From: Synechococcus sp.
GTDB taxonomy: Bacteria > Cyanobacteriota > Cyanobacteriia > PCC-6307 > Cyanobiaceae
DNA length: 64,000 nucleotides
Assembly (NCBI GenBank): GCA_047285805.1
Contig: JBJBCN010000002.1
Location: forward strand, 928,001 to 992,000
Direction: 5' to 3'
The notes under the pieces were generated by a model, which was not told where the DNA came from, did not search any database, and worked only from the letters and a program-made list of their open reading frames with translations. Below, in pieces: positions 48,186-57,753 of this stretch (its first letter is position 1; each line of letters begins with the position of its first letter). The position numbers and the translations under genes are program-made.

Positions 48186-50399
48186 TCAATACCTATTTTT
48201 GCGCAGCTTCACCCCTTCCACCCAGTGGCGATAAACCGTCTGTCGGGTGCCATCCATGTCCTGGAACCGCAGCCAGGAATTCCAGACGCTTGCTAAGGCT
48301 GTGCTGTCCCAAGGCAGCTGCCGCGCCGCCGGAAGGTTCTTGAGCGGTTGGGGCACCAGCAGGGTGAGGTTGGGTTGAAGCACATTCCAGGAGGCCCCCT
48401 GCTGCGCGGTGACCAAAACCGCATCGAGCCGCCCCGCCTGCAACACCTTCAGCAGTCCATCGGTGTCCTGGTCGCTGAAGAATGTCGCCTGGGGCAACCA
48501 ACTTCTGACCAGCCGCAACAGGAAGGGTGCGTCAAAGCCCAGGCCAACCCGCAGGCCCTTGACCTCTACGAGTTCGCTCCACTCGCGTTTGCTGCTCAGG
48601 GCTGGACCACGAATCAGCAGGGCCACGCCGTAGGTCAGATGCGAATTGGTGTAACGGGTGCGAGCCGCCTGCATCGGCGCCATGACATCACTGGAAAGCT
48701 TCATGTCGCAGTAGCCCCGCTCCAGGGCCTCGACGCCATCGGGACGGGGGTCATTCTCTTTGCCGATGCGATTGATCAACACGAAGCTCGGCTTGAGGTC
48801 CATCTGCTTGGCAAAGAGCAGTCCGATCTCAACATCGGCTCCCACCAAAGCGCCATCGGCATTGCGATAGGCCATCGGATAGTCCTGCTCATGGACGCAG
48901 TAGCGGATCGCGTTGGCCTGGCGAATCGCCCGCCAACTGCCGGGCTGATTCACCGCTCTCCAGCCCTGCACTACCGGCGCAGGGCCCTTGGCCAGGGCGA
49001 AGTCCTGGTGCATCAGCTGATTGCGGTCGCTGTTGCCAGGTTTGGGCAGCAGCTGGAAACCGGTTCGGCTCAAGAGCACAAAGCAAGGAAAGACCGCCAG
49101 GGCGGTGGCCGCAGGCAACAGACCCGCAAAGCGCTTGGGGAAGCCCTCGAGCGACACCCACGTGCCGATGATCACCAAGGCGATCACGCTCATGCAGGCG
49201 AGCAGGGTGCCGAGGCGGGCCACCGCCACTTGGTCAATGGCGATGTAGAGCTGCACCAAATCGCTGGGTAGCCCCATGCGATCGAGCAGAAAGGTCATCG
49301 CCAAGATCCCCTCGAGAAAGGAGCTGGCCAGACCCGTGATCAAAAAGCCCGGCATCTCCTGCAGGCTGATGGCGTTGCCGGTCAGCCAGCCCGCGAAGGG
49401 CACAAAGGCCAGCGACAGCAACCGGCCCATGTCCGGGAAGACCAGGGCGAGCGGCGCGAGCACCTCCACGGGCAGATCCACCTGATCCTTGAGCTCCTGC
49501 TCACTCACCCCAGGAGCAACGTGGGCCGCGCGGGCTTCGTAGAGGATCTTTTTGGAGAGCTCCACCAACAGGGGCAGCACCACGAGCATGTTCGCGGTTG
49601 CAAAGGCAATCGTGAGCGGGTTGCGGAAGCTGCGGAACAGTTGACGCACGGGGATGGGTGTCACCCCAGCGATCACCAAGGGCAAGAACAGGCCCGCCAG
49701 CAAGAGAGCAATCCCCCCCTGGAGCACGACGTAGACTGCCAACCGCGGCAGCTGGGAACCCTCCATCGAGGCTGTTGCCGTGGCGAGGATCGCGAAGACC
49801 CCCAAGGGAGTGAAACGGGCCACAAAGGCGGAGATGCCGAGCAGGGCTTCGGCGATCCGATCAAAGACGTCGATCAACGGTTGACGTCTCGGGACCGCAA
49901 TCAGGGCAATCCCGAGGGCCAAGGAAAACAGCACGACCGCCGGGATCTGGGTCTCGGCGAAGGCCGCAAAGGGGTTCACCGGAATGAAGAGTTCGGTGAG
50001 ATCCAGGGGCTTCGGGGCCTGGAGCAGGCTGGGCTTGAAGAACGAGGCGTCATGCCAGCTGGGGAAACCCAAAGGAACCAGCAGCACCGCCAGCAGCACC
50101 ACCAACCAAAAACAAAGCAGCACTTGGGCCGAGCGCCCCAGCAGACGACTGGCCTGTCCGAGCTGCAGTCGCCCCACACCAGCGATCAAGGAGATGCTCA
50201 AAAAGGGCAAGACCGGCATCTGGAAGAGCCGAATGAAGCCGTTGCCTAAATCGCTCAACGGCGCCAAAACCATGGCGGGCAGCAGCAGGCCCGCCAGGAT
50301 TCCGGCAGCCAGGCCTTCGAGGATCTGAACGGCCAGGTTCTGCCGCAGAAACAAGCGCAACGGAGCGAGCCAGGCGGTCCGTCGATTTATCTCCACCAA
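48186..50399 (-). CDS. Dicarboxylate/amino-acid:cation symporter fused to a family-3 solute-binding domain
   Basis: N-terminal multi-TM SDF-like region (FIRLFQMPVLP, FIPVNPF, IAFATAN); C-terminal PMAYRNADGALVGADVE SBP-3 motif. Confidence 0.85.
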   Translation of the reverse strand: MVEINRRTAWLAPLRLFLRQNLAVQILEGLAAGILAGLLLPAMVLAPLSDLGNGFIRLFQMPVLPFLSISLIAGVGRLQLGQASRLLGRSAQVLLCFWLVVLLAVLLVPLGFPSWHDASFFKPSLLQAPKPLDLTELFIPVNPFAAFAETQIPAVVLFSLALGIALIAVPRRQPLIDVFDRIAEALLGISAFVARFTPLGVFAILATATASMEGSQLPRLAVYVVLQGGIALLLAGLFLPLVIAGVTPIPVRQLFRSFRNPLTIAFATANMLVVLPLLVELSKKILYEARAAHVAPGVSEQELKDQVDLPVEVLAPLALVFPDMGRLLSLAFVPFAGWLTGNAISLQEMPGFLITGLASSFLEGILAMTFLLDRMGLPSDLVQLYIAIDQVAVARLGTLLACMSVIALVIIGTWVSLEGFPKRFAGLLPAATALAVFPCFVLLSRTGFQLLPKPGNSDRNQLMHQDFALAKGPAPVVQGWRAVNQPGSWRAIRQANAIRYCVHEQDYPMAYRNADGALVGADVEIGLLFAKQMDLKPSFVLINRIGKENDPRPDGVEALERGYCDMKLSSDVMAPMQAARTRYTNSHLTYGVALLIRGPALSSKREWSELVEVKGLRVGLGFDAPFLLRLVRSWLPQATFFSDQDTDGLLKVLQAGRLDAVLVTAQQGASWNVLQPNLTLLVPQPLKNLPAARQLPWDSTALASVWNSWLRFQDMDGTRQTVYRHWVEGVKLRKNRY

Positions 50400-50510
50400 A
50401 AACCCAAGCCGTGCCCTGTTTGCAGGATGCGCAGGGTCGTGGCGATCGCCAACCTCTTCGTTATGGAGGCGGCTTGGACTGACTACCCAAGGCCAACACC
50501 GGAAGCACTC

Positions 50511-50804
50511 TCAGCCCATGGTTGACCGTCGCTTCGATGCGGCCATTAGGCCTTTTGCAGGGCTCGAGGGGAATCGACCGATGCAACTGCTCCCAGTCAG
50601 GGACGTGCAATTGAAAAGGTCAAAGGGCAGTGCAAAGCCCTGAAAGCTCAAGATCCCAGCGAAGATCCAAACGACTAAATGGCGAGAGTCAATCGGTGCT
50701 CCGTGACTGAACACCGGAGGCTTCCGGGTCTAGAGGTCAGCCAGCACCAAACCCATAGCCGCCAAGCCAAAAACAAACAAGGACATAAGGCGGATAAATG
50801 CCAT
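50511..50804 (-). pseudogene. Small two-TM ORF interrupted by one in-frame TAG
   Basis: MAFIRLMSLFVFGLAAMGLVLADL*(50730-50732)TRKPPVFSHGAPIDSRHLVVWIFAGIL... in one frame. Confidence 0.45.
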
Positions 50805-51044
50805 AGCTTCCGTCTACTGCTGAATCAGCAGCCTCTTCGATCCGCGTCAATGGCGCATCGGTACTTCGGCTTATCGCGCTTTAAAGCAGACCAGGGTCAT
50901 GACGGACGGGTGCATTTGCACGCGCAGGGAGAAAAAAGCCTGACTGGTGACCAGCTTTGTTCACGGGCCATCCCCAGAGGGTGGCAATCACATCTCCGCA
51001 CACCGCCACTTAGCAGAGTCCGGCTTCAACGCGATAATTGAATG

Positions 51045-51139
51045 GTGTGAGGAGTGAGGAACTGCATTCGGAGTCGAAACAAGGACAGACGCCCGTATGG
51101 TTCCTGACCCATAGCCCCGTCTTCCGACGGGGCTTTTTT
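51045..51139 (+). ncRNA. yfr2: Yfr2-family cyanobacterial sRNA
   Basis: -10 box GATAAT 51033-51038; 5' GTGTGAGGAGT; long stem AGGAAC...GTTCCT with GAAACAAGGACA loop; terminator AGCCCCGTC/GACGGGGCT+T-run. Confidence 0.75.
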
Positions 51140-51140
51140 C

Positions 51141-51386
51141 TTACGTCTCTGCGTAGACACCCCAGGCCGGTCCGCTCTTGAACCAGCCCTGGGCCATTAG
51201 CCCTTCCCAGAGCACACGGGCATCGGCGCGGCGCAGGTGATAGCGCTCCTTGAGCAGCGGCAGATGGTCTGGCATGGCCTTGCCCGTGTCCACAAACACC
51301 CAGGTCTCGCGCCCCCAGGTTCGCTGGTCCTTGTGGAACCGCACCCGCCAACCGGCCCTGGGATCCCTGAGCCGGACCTCCTCCAT
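51141..51386 (-). CDS. DUF1651 family protein
   Basis: W.VRFHKD, VFVDTG..MP..PLLK.R..L.R.DAR.LW..L...GW. Confidence 0.8.
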   Translation of the reverse strand: MEEVRLRDPRAGWRVRFHKDQRTWGRETWVFVDTGKAMPDHLPLLKERYHLRRADARVLWEGLMAQGWFKSGPAWGVYAET

Positions 51387-51419
51387 TACCGCACCGCATA
51401 TGCGATACAGGCGTACTAG

Positions 51420-51600
51420 GTCGACTGGTATTTAACAAGATACCCTCCATCAGTTGAGCGAGGCGTTGCCGCAGCCGGTGCAGAAGGGAGGGCGTCTTCA
51501 CCGCTTGGCCACCAAGGCAGGTCAAGCAGAGCACCTGGCCTTTGAGCGGCGGTAGCGCTGGGTGGAACGCTCGATAAAGGTTCGACAGTGAAGAGGGAGC
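51420..51600 (-). pseudogene. Frameshifted paralogue of the Zn-finger-like gene at 59127-59378
   Basis: CRTFIERSTQRYRR / KGQVLCLTCL in two frames; 58 of 67 aligned nt identical to 59281-59347. Confidence 0.75.
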
Positions 51601-51707
51601 AGTCCCGTCAAGATCCCAGGAGTCCTCTCCAGTCAGTGAGGTGTCAGCATCTTCGGAAAAGGTGCGGCAGAAGCATTTAGACCCATCAAGAGGTCGTTCT
51701 GCGCCCA

Positions 51708-52160
51708 GTGGCAAACACCTGGGAAACCAGATTCCGCCGCCGTGTAAAGGACCAATTCGGAGGCGGTTGGAGCCCGCAGGGCAAGGACAAGAGGACTACC
51801 AAGGTCCACCACCACCCGCTGGAGCGACGTCACGCGCGGAGCAACCACCGTAGGTATCCGTTGGGAACGATCCCAATGGCACCAGCTGTTGGCTTTGGTG
51901 GAGCGATTAGCCAAGTTGACCGCTCCAGTCCCAACCGATGGTCAGCGCATATCAGTTTCAAAGGCGGCCGATGTCATCCAAATAGAGGTGAGCGGCAGCA
52001 GTGTCAAAGCCGTGCGTAGCGACAGCAGTCACTGATCCGCAGTGGCTGAGCGGTACAGACGCCACGGGGCTGTAGTCACGGGCAAGGTCTCGGCCGCTGG
52101 GTTGCAGCGGCAGCAGCGGCGGTGGGTAGCTGAGTTCAGCAAAATCCTGGGGAGACGGCT
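51708..52160 (+). pseudogene. Degenerate N-terminal part of a picocyanobacterial tyrosine integrase
   Basis: TWETRFRRRVKDQFGGGWS then shifted TRWSD..GIRWE..LLALVERL and VAERYRRH resemble the N-terminus of Synechococcus island integrases (recognition only); no catalytic domain. Confidence 0.5.
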
Positions 52161-52424
52161 CGACGCAACCAAGCGAAACAATGAGTACTGCAATAAAGTG
52201 CAATTTGACTCAGGATTAGCACCGTCACCAATTACGCCGACTCCTTGAAACATGGCTTCAGGAATGCGAGCATTTTCCGATAGACATTCCAGGCACTTTC
52301 CGGATAAAAGAATAAAAACGATACAAATAGCTAGAAGTTATTTATGAGTTTTGCAAGTTTTGTGTCGACTACTACAACCAGACGGGGCCTGCTCCTTTAG
52401 GGATTGCATCGGTCATTATTAATC

Positions 52425-53495
52425 ATGAAGACCTCAAACGCCCTATCTCCGTCTTTATGGGTCGCAGCTCAGGCTGGTGGCTCGTTATTTTTAGCATCAA
52501 GCGCATGGATGGTCAGTGGATTGACGTCGTCACCGCTTGTAAACAGCTTAATTCCTGTTGTCGCGGCAATCCCAATACTAATCAATACAAAAGAGACAAT
52601 ATCCGGTTACTGGCTTCAGATCTCCAGCGTACTTACCTTGCTTATCGCTTCATGGTTCTACAGTGAGAGCGGGATAAACCAGTCGCTTTTGCTGGCCATT
52701 TCCTTTGTAGCCATATTTGCTTACTCTTTAGGCCTGGAGATCTCAACGCTTCCACTGCAAAAGAGTTTAACATCAGACTCGCCAACCAGATTCAAGAATC
52801 TTCAGGTATGCACTGAGGTTGGAAGTTTAATTGGCGCCATTATGACGGCACTAATATTCCCTGCTGTCAGCCAATTCATTCCAGCATTCTTATTGATACT
52901 TCCACTTACGTCAATAGTGTTTAGAACGACCAGGGGCGGATCCTTACTTACACATACTACTACTTCGAATACGCCTAGTGCTGACAAGACAACCTTAGAT
53001 CCTTTGTGCATCCTTCAAGGGTTTGTTGTTGGAGGATTGTTTGCAGTTTTAGCTCTCTGGGTAAGAGAGATCGAGGGCGGCAAATGCTTCGATTTTGGAG
53101 TCATCCTTGCAGCATATTTTATTGGAAAAGCTTTGACCTCTATCGCTCCGAGATTGAGCCTAAGCCTTAAATACCTGACAATTTTCTTTGCACTTGTTAT
53201 CTGTCAGCTTACGACTGACGGGTGGATATCGACACTCCTGTTTGTACCAATAGGTATGTTTGTAAATTCAATAGACCTTTCGCTGGCCTCAACGCTTGCT
53301 GACAAGAGTCAACCAATAGAGGGTTGGAAGTCCTTCCAAGACCAGTCAGCCTTGGGAGGAATCGCCGGAGGCTTAGCTCTTGGCAGCTTATGCACTTTAA
53401 TTGGCTTGAAATATGCATTCCCAGTCATCTGCATTGGATTCATCTCTCTTTCTATTTTAAGCAGCAGGATCAGAAGAACTGCACGCAGCACATGA
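52425..53495 (+). CDS. MFS-like multi-pass membrane protein
   Basis: About 12 hydrophobic segments in two halves separated by a Thr-rich linker; AT-rich codons. Confidence 0.65.
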   Translation: MKTSNALSPSLWVAAQAGGSLFLASSAWMVSGLTSSPLVNSLIPVVAAIPILINTKETISGYWLQISSVLTLLIASWFYSESGINQSLLLAISFVAIFAYSLGLEISTLPLQKSLTSDSPTRFKNLQVCTEVGSLIGAIMTALIFPAVSQFIPAFLLILPLTSIVFRTTRGGSLLTHTTTSNTPSADKTTLDPLCILQGFVVGGLFAVLALWVREIEGGKCFDFGVILAAYFIGKALTSIAPRLSLSLKYLTIFFALVICQLTTDGWISTLLFVPIGMFVNSIDLSLASTLADKSQPIEGWKSFQDQSALGGIAGGLALGSLCTLIGLKYAFPVICIGFISLSILSSRIRRTARST

Positions 53496-53693
53496 AACCC
53501 ATCAAAAGAAAAAGTATATTTTAAACACAAGTTCATTCTATCTCTCTAGCCTGAGCATGTTGAATGGACTGAAACTTAGTCATGACGAGCCTCGGACCTG
53601 CGTGTAAACGTAACAAAGTCATTGATTTGTTTATGACGAGCAGAAACAGGGGAGAGCATATTTGACGATTAAGGTCTTGATACCAGAGCAAAG

Positions 53694-56282
53694 ATGCGTT
53701 GGTTTAGCCAGTGGCCTGAGAAACAAGCACAAATCACGCGCTCCGTTCTTCTTGGATGCTGGTTATGCTTGATACTATCGCTATTTCTACCAGAGGTTAC
53801 GTTTTGGGGCAGTTATTTGCCATCCTGTGATACATCGACTAGCGACTGCATTTTTCATCGTCAACCTGGAAACCAAATATTCTGGGGGTTAGTTGTACCT
53901 AGCATCCTAATATTAATCGTTGCCGCTAGCCACGAGTTCTGGCGACGAGTCTGCCCATTGGCATTTGCGTCACAACTTTCAAAGATGCTTGGTTGGCAGA
54001 GGTTAATCCGTAACAAGAAAGGACGTTTAGAACCGGTCAAGGTTACGGCAGATTCATGGCTTGGGAAGCATCATATTGAACTGCAGTGGTCTCTTCTTGT
54101 TACTGGACTTTGCCTGCGGCTATTGGCTCTCAACTCAAGCTCATTAGGTCTCGCATATTTATTAATACTTACCCTATCGTCGGCTATTTATGTGGGCTGG
54201 GCATTTTCAGGTAAAGCATGGTGCCAGTATTTCTGTCCAATGGGTCCAGTCCAGACGATATTGACCGGACAAAGAGGAGCTCTTGGGGCTCCTGCTCATG
54301 TAGGCAGTAACACAAAGATTACACAATCAATGTGTCGGTCAACTGCGAAAACAGGCAAAGAGCAAAGTGCTTGTGTCGCTTGCCAATCATCTTGCATAGA
54401 TATTGATTCAGAGAGGCACTATTGGCAGCTATTACGTGGCAAAAGGGGATTGACATGGTCTTGGTATTCATATCCAGGTCTCATACTTGCGTTCTTTGAG
54501 CTTATGAAGTACAGCGAACCAAGGAACTTTGTGGGAGCGGATGGCACGTCTTATATCAAGGGAGGTGCATGGGCATATGACGCAACTCTCTCTTCACGAG
54601 TTTTAGCTCCATTTACGGAGTGGTTAGCAATTCCACGTCTTCTCGTTATTCCCATAGTTTTAATACTCGCGGGATGCACATCCTACTTTCTATTTATCAA
54701 CTTAGAAAAGTTGATATCAATGAATTACCATAAACGAGGCCTCAAGGATTCCGTGGAGACTGCAACAAGTCATACAAGATTGCTTGCAAGCTTCATTTCA
54801 GTCAATATCTTCTTTTGGTTTGTCGATCCTTCTCAGGGCCTCCTAGGAATTCATACAGGACAGTTTATACGCTCGTTTATATTAGTAATGTCTTCAATTG
54901 TCTTGTTCCGCTCGTGGAATCGTAATCCTTCAGTTTACAGAAAAGAAAGTACAAGCGACAGCCTGCGTCGACAGCTGCAGAAACTTCCTGAAATCGAAAC
55001 CTATCTAGATGGTCGAAAGATTGACGACCTATCCGCCGAAGAGGTTTACACTCTCGCAAAAGCACTTCCAACCGCAATCCGATCAAAGTGTAGAGAAGTT
55101 TATCAGGGTGTTATTACCGAGCTGCTTAAAAAAGGTTCCTTGAACCGTGCAGCAGCTTTGGTTGAGTTAGAGGAGTTAAGACAGAGTCTGAATCTGTCTG
55201 ATGATGACCATCATGCTGTAATCAGGGTTCTTGCAGATGAAGACCCTCAGTTATTAACGATAGATGTAAAAACGCTAGAACTTCAGCAATTACGGGAGGA
55301 AGCCCTGGCGGACTCAGTTGAAGAATTATTGTCTCTGTCAAGAGTGCCGGTCCTAAAAGAAACGAGTCTTGAACCTAGCTTAAGAGCACGCCTGGAGACT
55401 TTGGTTGACGATTCGGACCTTGAGGATGCTGAAGTTGAGAAAGTACTAAGTCGTTTTAGAAGTACTGGGGATCTAGCAAAGAACAAGATTGAAAGGCTAC
55501 AGAGCCGTTACGTTAAAGAAGTAAGTCATTTCAAGATCCTTTCGAGTTCGTCCACAGAGGAGATGTTGCTGCACCCCCTGGCATTAGCAATGCATCAAAG
55601 AATAGATCAGCTACATTCCCAGATTTGTGATAACGATCCAGCCTTTAACTTTGATGCAAACTTGGTGGGGCCTTCTTCATTAGACGAGGCTCTTGAAGTT
55701 TTATGGTCGGATCCTGATCCGGACACAGCAGGATGGGTCCTTATGGTTGACCATCTTCTTAAGTCGAAAGGTCACTGCTTGTGTGATCGTCAAACTCGGA
55801 CAGGTTTAAGTACTTCTGCATTTTTAGAAAGCCAGTTAAAGGGACAGATTCATCGAGATCATCATGAATTCCCACACCTATCCAAGTCTCCTTTATTTCA
55901 CGATCTTTTGCCCACAGATCTTTTGTGGGTCGCTGATCATGGATGGTTGCACTCTTGGATGCCAGGTGAGCAAATCACTCATAAGGAACTGATTCTTCTT
56001 GTACTAAGTGGTGAGGGGACTGAAGTTCTAATTGATGGTGAGGAAGTACGTTATGAAACTGGCTCTTTGATAGGTGCAATGGATGTGATCTCTGGTGAGT
56101 CCTCTAGATCTTCCATACATGCTTCCGCTAAGGGTATGGAAGCATTCGCCTTTCCTTCTCATGCCTTTGATGAGCTACTATCTAGATCAAGCAAGTTTTC
56201 ACATGGACTACTCAGGCAGTTCTGTGCTCGTTTAAAAAAACCTAATTCGACTCTGTCCTCTCAATCGTCTCTTTATACATGA
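53694..56282 (+). CDS. Membrane polyferredoxin (NapH/Fer4_5-like) with C-terminal cyclic-nucleotide-binding-like domain
   Basis: WRRVCPLA, WCQYFCPMG, CVACQSSC; C-terminal SPLFHDL..GSLIGAMDVISGESSRSSIHA cNMP-like fold. Confidence 0.8.
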   Translation: MRWFSQWPEKQAQITRSVLLGCWLCLILSLFLPEVTFWGSYLPSCDTSTSDCIFHRQPGNQIFWGLVVPSILILIVAASHEFWRRVCPLAFASQLSKMLGWQRLIRNKKGRLEPVKVTADSWLGKHHIELQWSLLVTGLCLRLLALNSSSLGLAYLLILTLSSAIYVGWAFSGKAWCQYFCPMGPVQTILTGQRGALGAPAHVGSNTKITQSMCRSTAKTGKEQSACVACQSSCIDIDSERHYWQLLRGKRGLTWSWYSYPGLILAFFELMKYSEPRNFVGADGTSYIKGGAWAYDATLSSRVLAPFTEWLAIPRLLVIPIVLILAGCTSYFLFINLEKLISMNYHKRGLKDSVETATSHTRLLASFISVNIFFWFVDPSQGLLGIHTGQFIRSFILVMSSIVLFRSWNRNPSVYRKESTSDSLRRQLQKLPEIETYLDGRKIDDLSAEEVYTLAKALPTAIRSKCREVYQGVITELLKKGSLNRAAALVELEELRQSLNLSDDDHHAVIRVLADEDPQLLTIDVKTLELQQLREEALADSVEELLSLSRVPVLKETSLEPSLRARLETLVDDSDLEDAEVEKVLSRFRSTGDLAKNKIERLQSRYVKEVSHFKILSSSSTEEMLLHPLALAMHQRIDQLHSQICDNDPAFNFDANLVGPSSLDEALEVLWSDPDPDTAGWVLMVDHLLKSKGHCLCDRQTRTGLSTSAFLESQLKGQIHRDHHEFPHLSKSPLFHDLLPTDLLWVADHGWLHSWMPGEQITHKELILLVLSGEGTEVLIDGEEVRYETGSLIGAMDVISGESSRSSIHASAKGMEAFAFPSHAFDELLSRSSKFSHGLLRQFCARLKKPNSTLSSQSSLYT

Positions 56283-56419
56283 TGATTCTATCAAATATTC
56301 CTTGGCTCACCGAAGATTAATAGAAGGGTGTGCGATTCGACATGCGCACACCCCAAGTATCCCTTTATACTGATAAATTATTTGTTTCATTGTTGCATAC
56401 CTTTAGTGCAACTTCCGCA

Positions 56420-57718
56420 ATGCCTAACTTCTCTCCCGTTCGGTCAAGGGCGTGGCGAGTACTTATTGGGGCTTCAGCTCCTCTTGCCTTAATTTATGCT
56501 CCTACAGCTCAGGCAAGCGAATACAACCCGCATCTTGAAGGTTTAAGCATTACGGCACTCGGCCTAAAAGTTAAGACAACTTCAGAGCAAGACAATTCCC
56601 GGATCAACAAAGCCCTGCAGACAGAAGGCAAGGCGATCACGATAGGTAGCCCGGTGACACACCAGCCCTGGAAGTGCGACGTCTTCGTTGACCCCCGTTC
56701 CAACGCCTGCCTGGGTCCCGCCGAGGTGCGTCAGCCCCGCAACTTGTTTGAGCGGATCGTTCAGAAGGGTGCTGGCTACGCCGCTCAATTTGGACCGGCT
56801 ATGGTCAATGGCGATGGAGTTGATCTTGGCGGAGTGGTCCACTCCGAAGTCACCCGCACCCTGATCAGCAGCGGCGTGAACTACGCCAACAAGGAGATCA
56901 AGAAGATTCCCTTCTTCGCTCAGACCTCGCTTGGTCTCAACGCCGCAACAAGCAGCGACCTCGCGGGTTACATCGATAGCTTCATGCGGCTCAAGACGCT
57001 GGGCTACGACATCGAAGGCGATCCCATGGGCCTGATGTTTGGCCAAGCCCGGATATCCCTGGCAACCTCCACCCAACCTCAGGTGAACGTGGGCCTTGGC
57101 AGCCGCTACCGCCTAAGCGATGAAGCAATGGTCGGCCTGAACGGATTCTGGGACCTTCGAACCACCAACTACTCCACCGCTTACACCCGGTGGGGCATCG
57201 GTGCTGAAGGCTTCTGGAAGAGCTTTGAGCTGCGGAACAACTGGTACATCAACGGTTCTGCGGATAAAGACATCACAATCAACGACATCGATTACACCGA
57301 GCGAGTTGTTCCGGGTTGGGATGTGGAGCTGGGCTATCGCATTCCTTCGTACCCCCAGCTGGCAATGTTTGTCCGAGGCTTCAACTGGGATTACCGACAC
57401 AAGAGCGATAACAGCGGTATTGAAGGCTCGCTGAACTGGCAGGCCACAACCCGCGCCAACTTGGAAGTATGGGTTTCGAATGAGATCCCGGCCTACCCCA
57501 CCGACTCGAACAACGACATCGATAACCAGGCCGGTCCCTACTTTGGCGTGCGTGTTCGTTTGACCGGCCGCCCGGTGGTCTTCGCCAAGAACAACACAAA
57601 GCAGAACCTGATCACACAGATGACCCAACCAGTGCGGCGCCGCTATGAGGTGCTGCTGGAGCGCAGTAAGAAAAACAAGTCAAGCGGTGGTTTTGGAGCG
57701 AGCCTATCTGGACGCTAG
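56420..57718 (+). CDS. Inverse-autotransporter (intimin/invasin) beta-barrel protein without passenger
   Basis: Signal peptide; NVGLGSRY..MVGLNGFWD..RWGIGAE..NNWY..ERVVPGWDVELGYRIPSYPQL; linker MTQPVRRRYEVLLE then a short tail. Confidence 0.85.
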   Translation: MPNFSPVRSRAWRVLIGASAPLALIYAPTAQASEYNPHLEGLSITALGLKVKTTSEQDNSRINKALQTEGKAITIGSPVTHQPWKCDVFVDPRSNACLGPAEVRQPRNLFERIVQKGAGYAAQFGPAMVNGDGVDLGGVVHSEVTRTLISSGVNYANKEIKKIPFFAQTSLGLNAATSSDLAGYIDSFMRLKTLGYDIEGDPMGLMFGQARISLATSTQPQVNVGLGSRYRLSDEAMVGLNGFWDLRTTNYSTAYTRWGIGAEGFWKSFELRNNWYINGSADKDITINDIDYTERVVPGWDVELGYRIPSYPQLAMFVRGFNWDYRHKSDNSGIEGSLNWQATTRANLEVWVSNEIPAYPTDSNNDIDNQAGPYFGVRVRLTGRPVVFAKNNTKQNLITQMTQPVRRRYEVLLERSKKNKSSGGFGASLSGR

Positions 57719-57753
57719 GGGTACACAACTAATTTCGTTCACATCACAATCTC

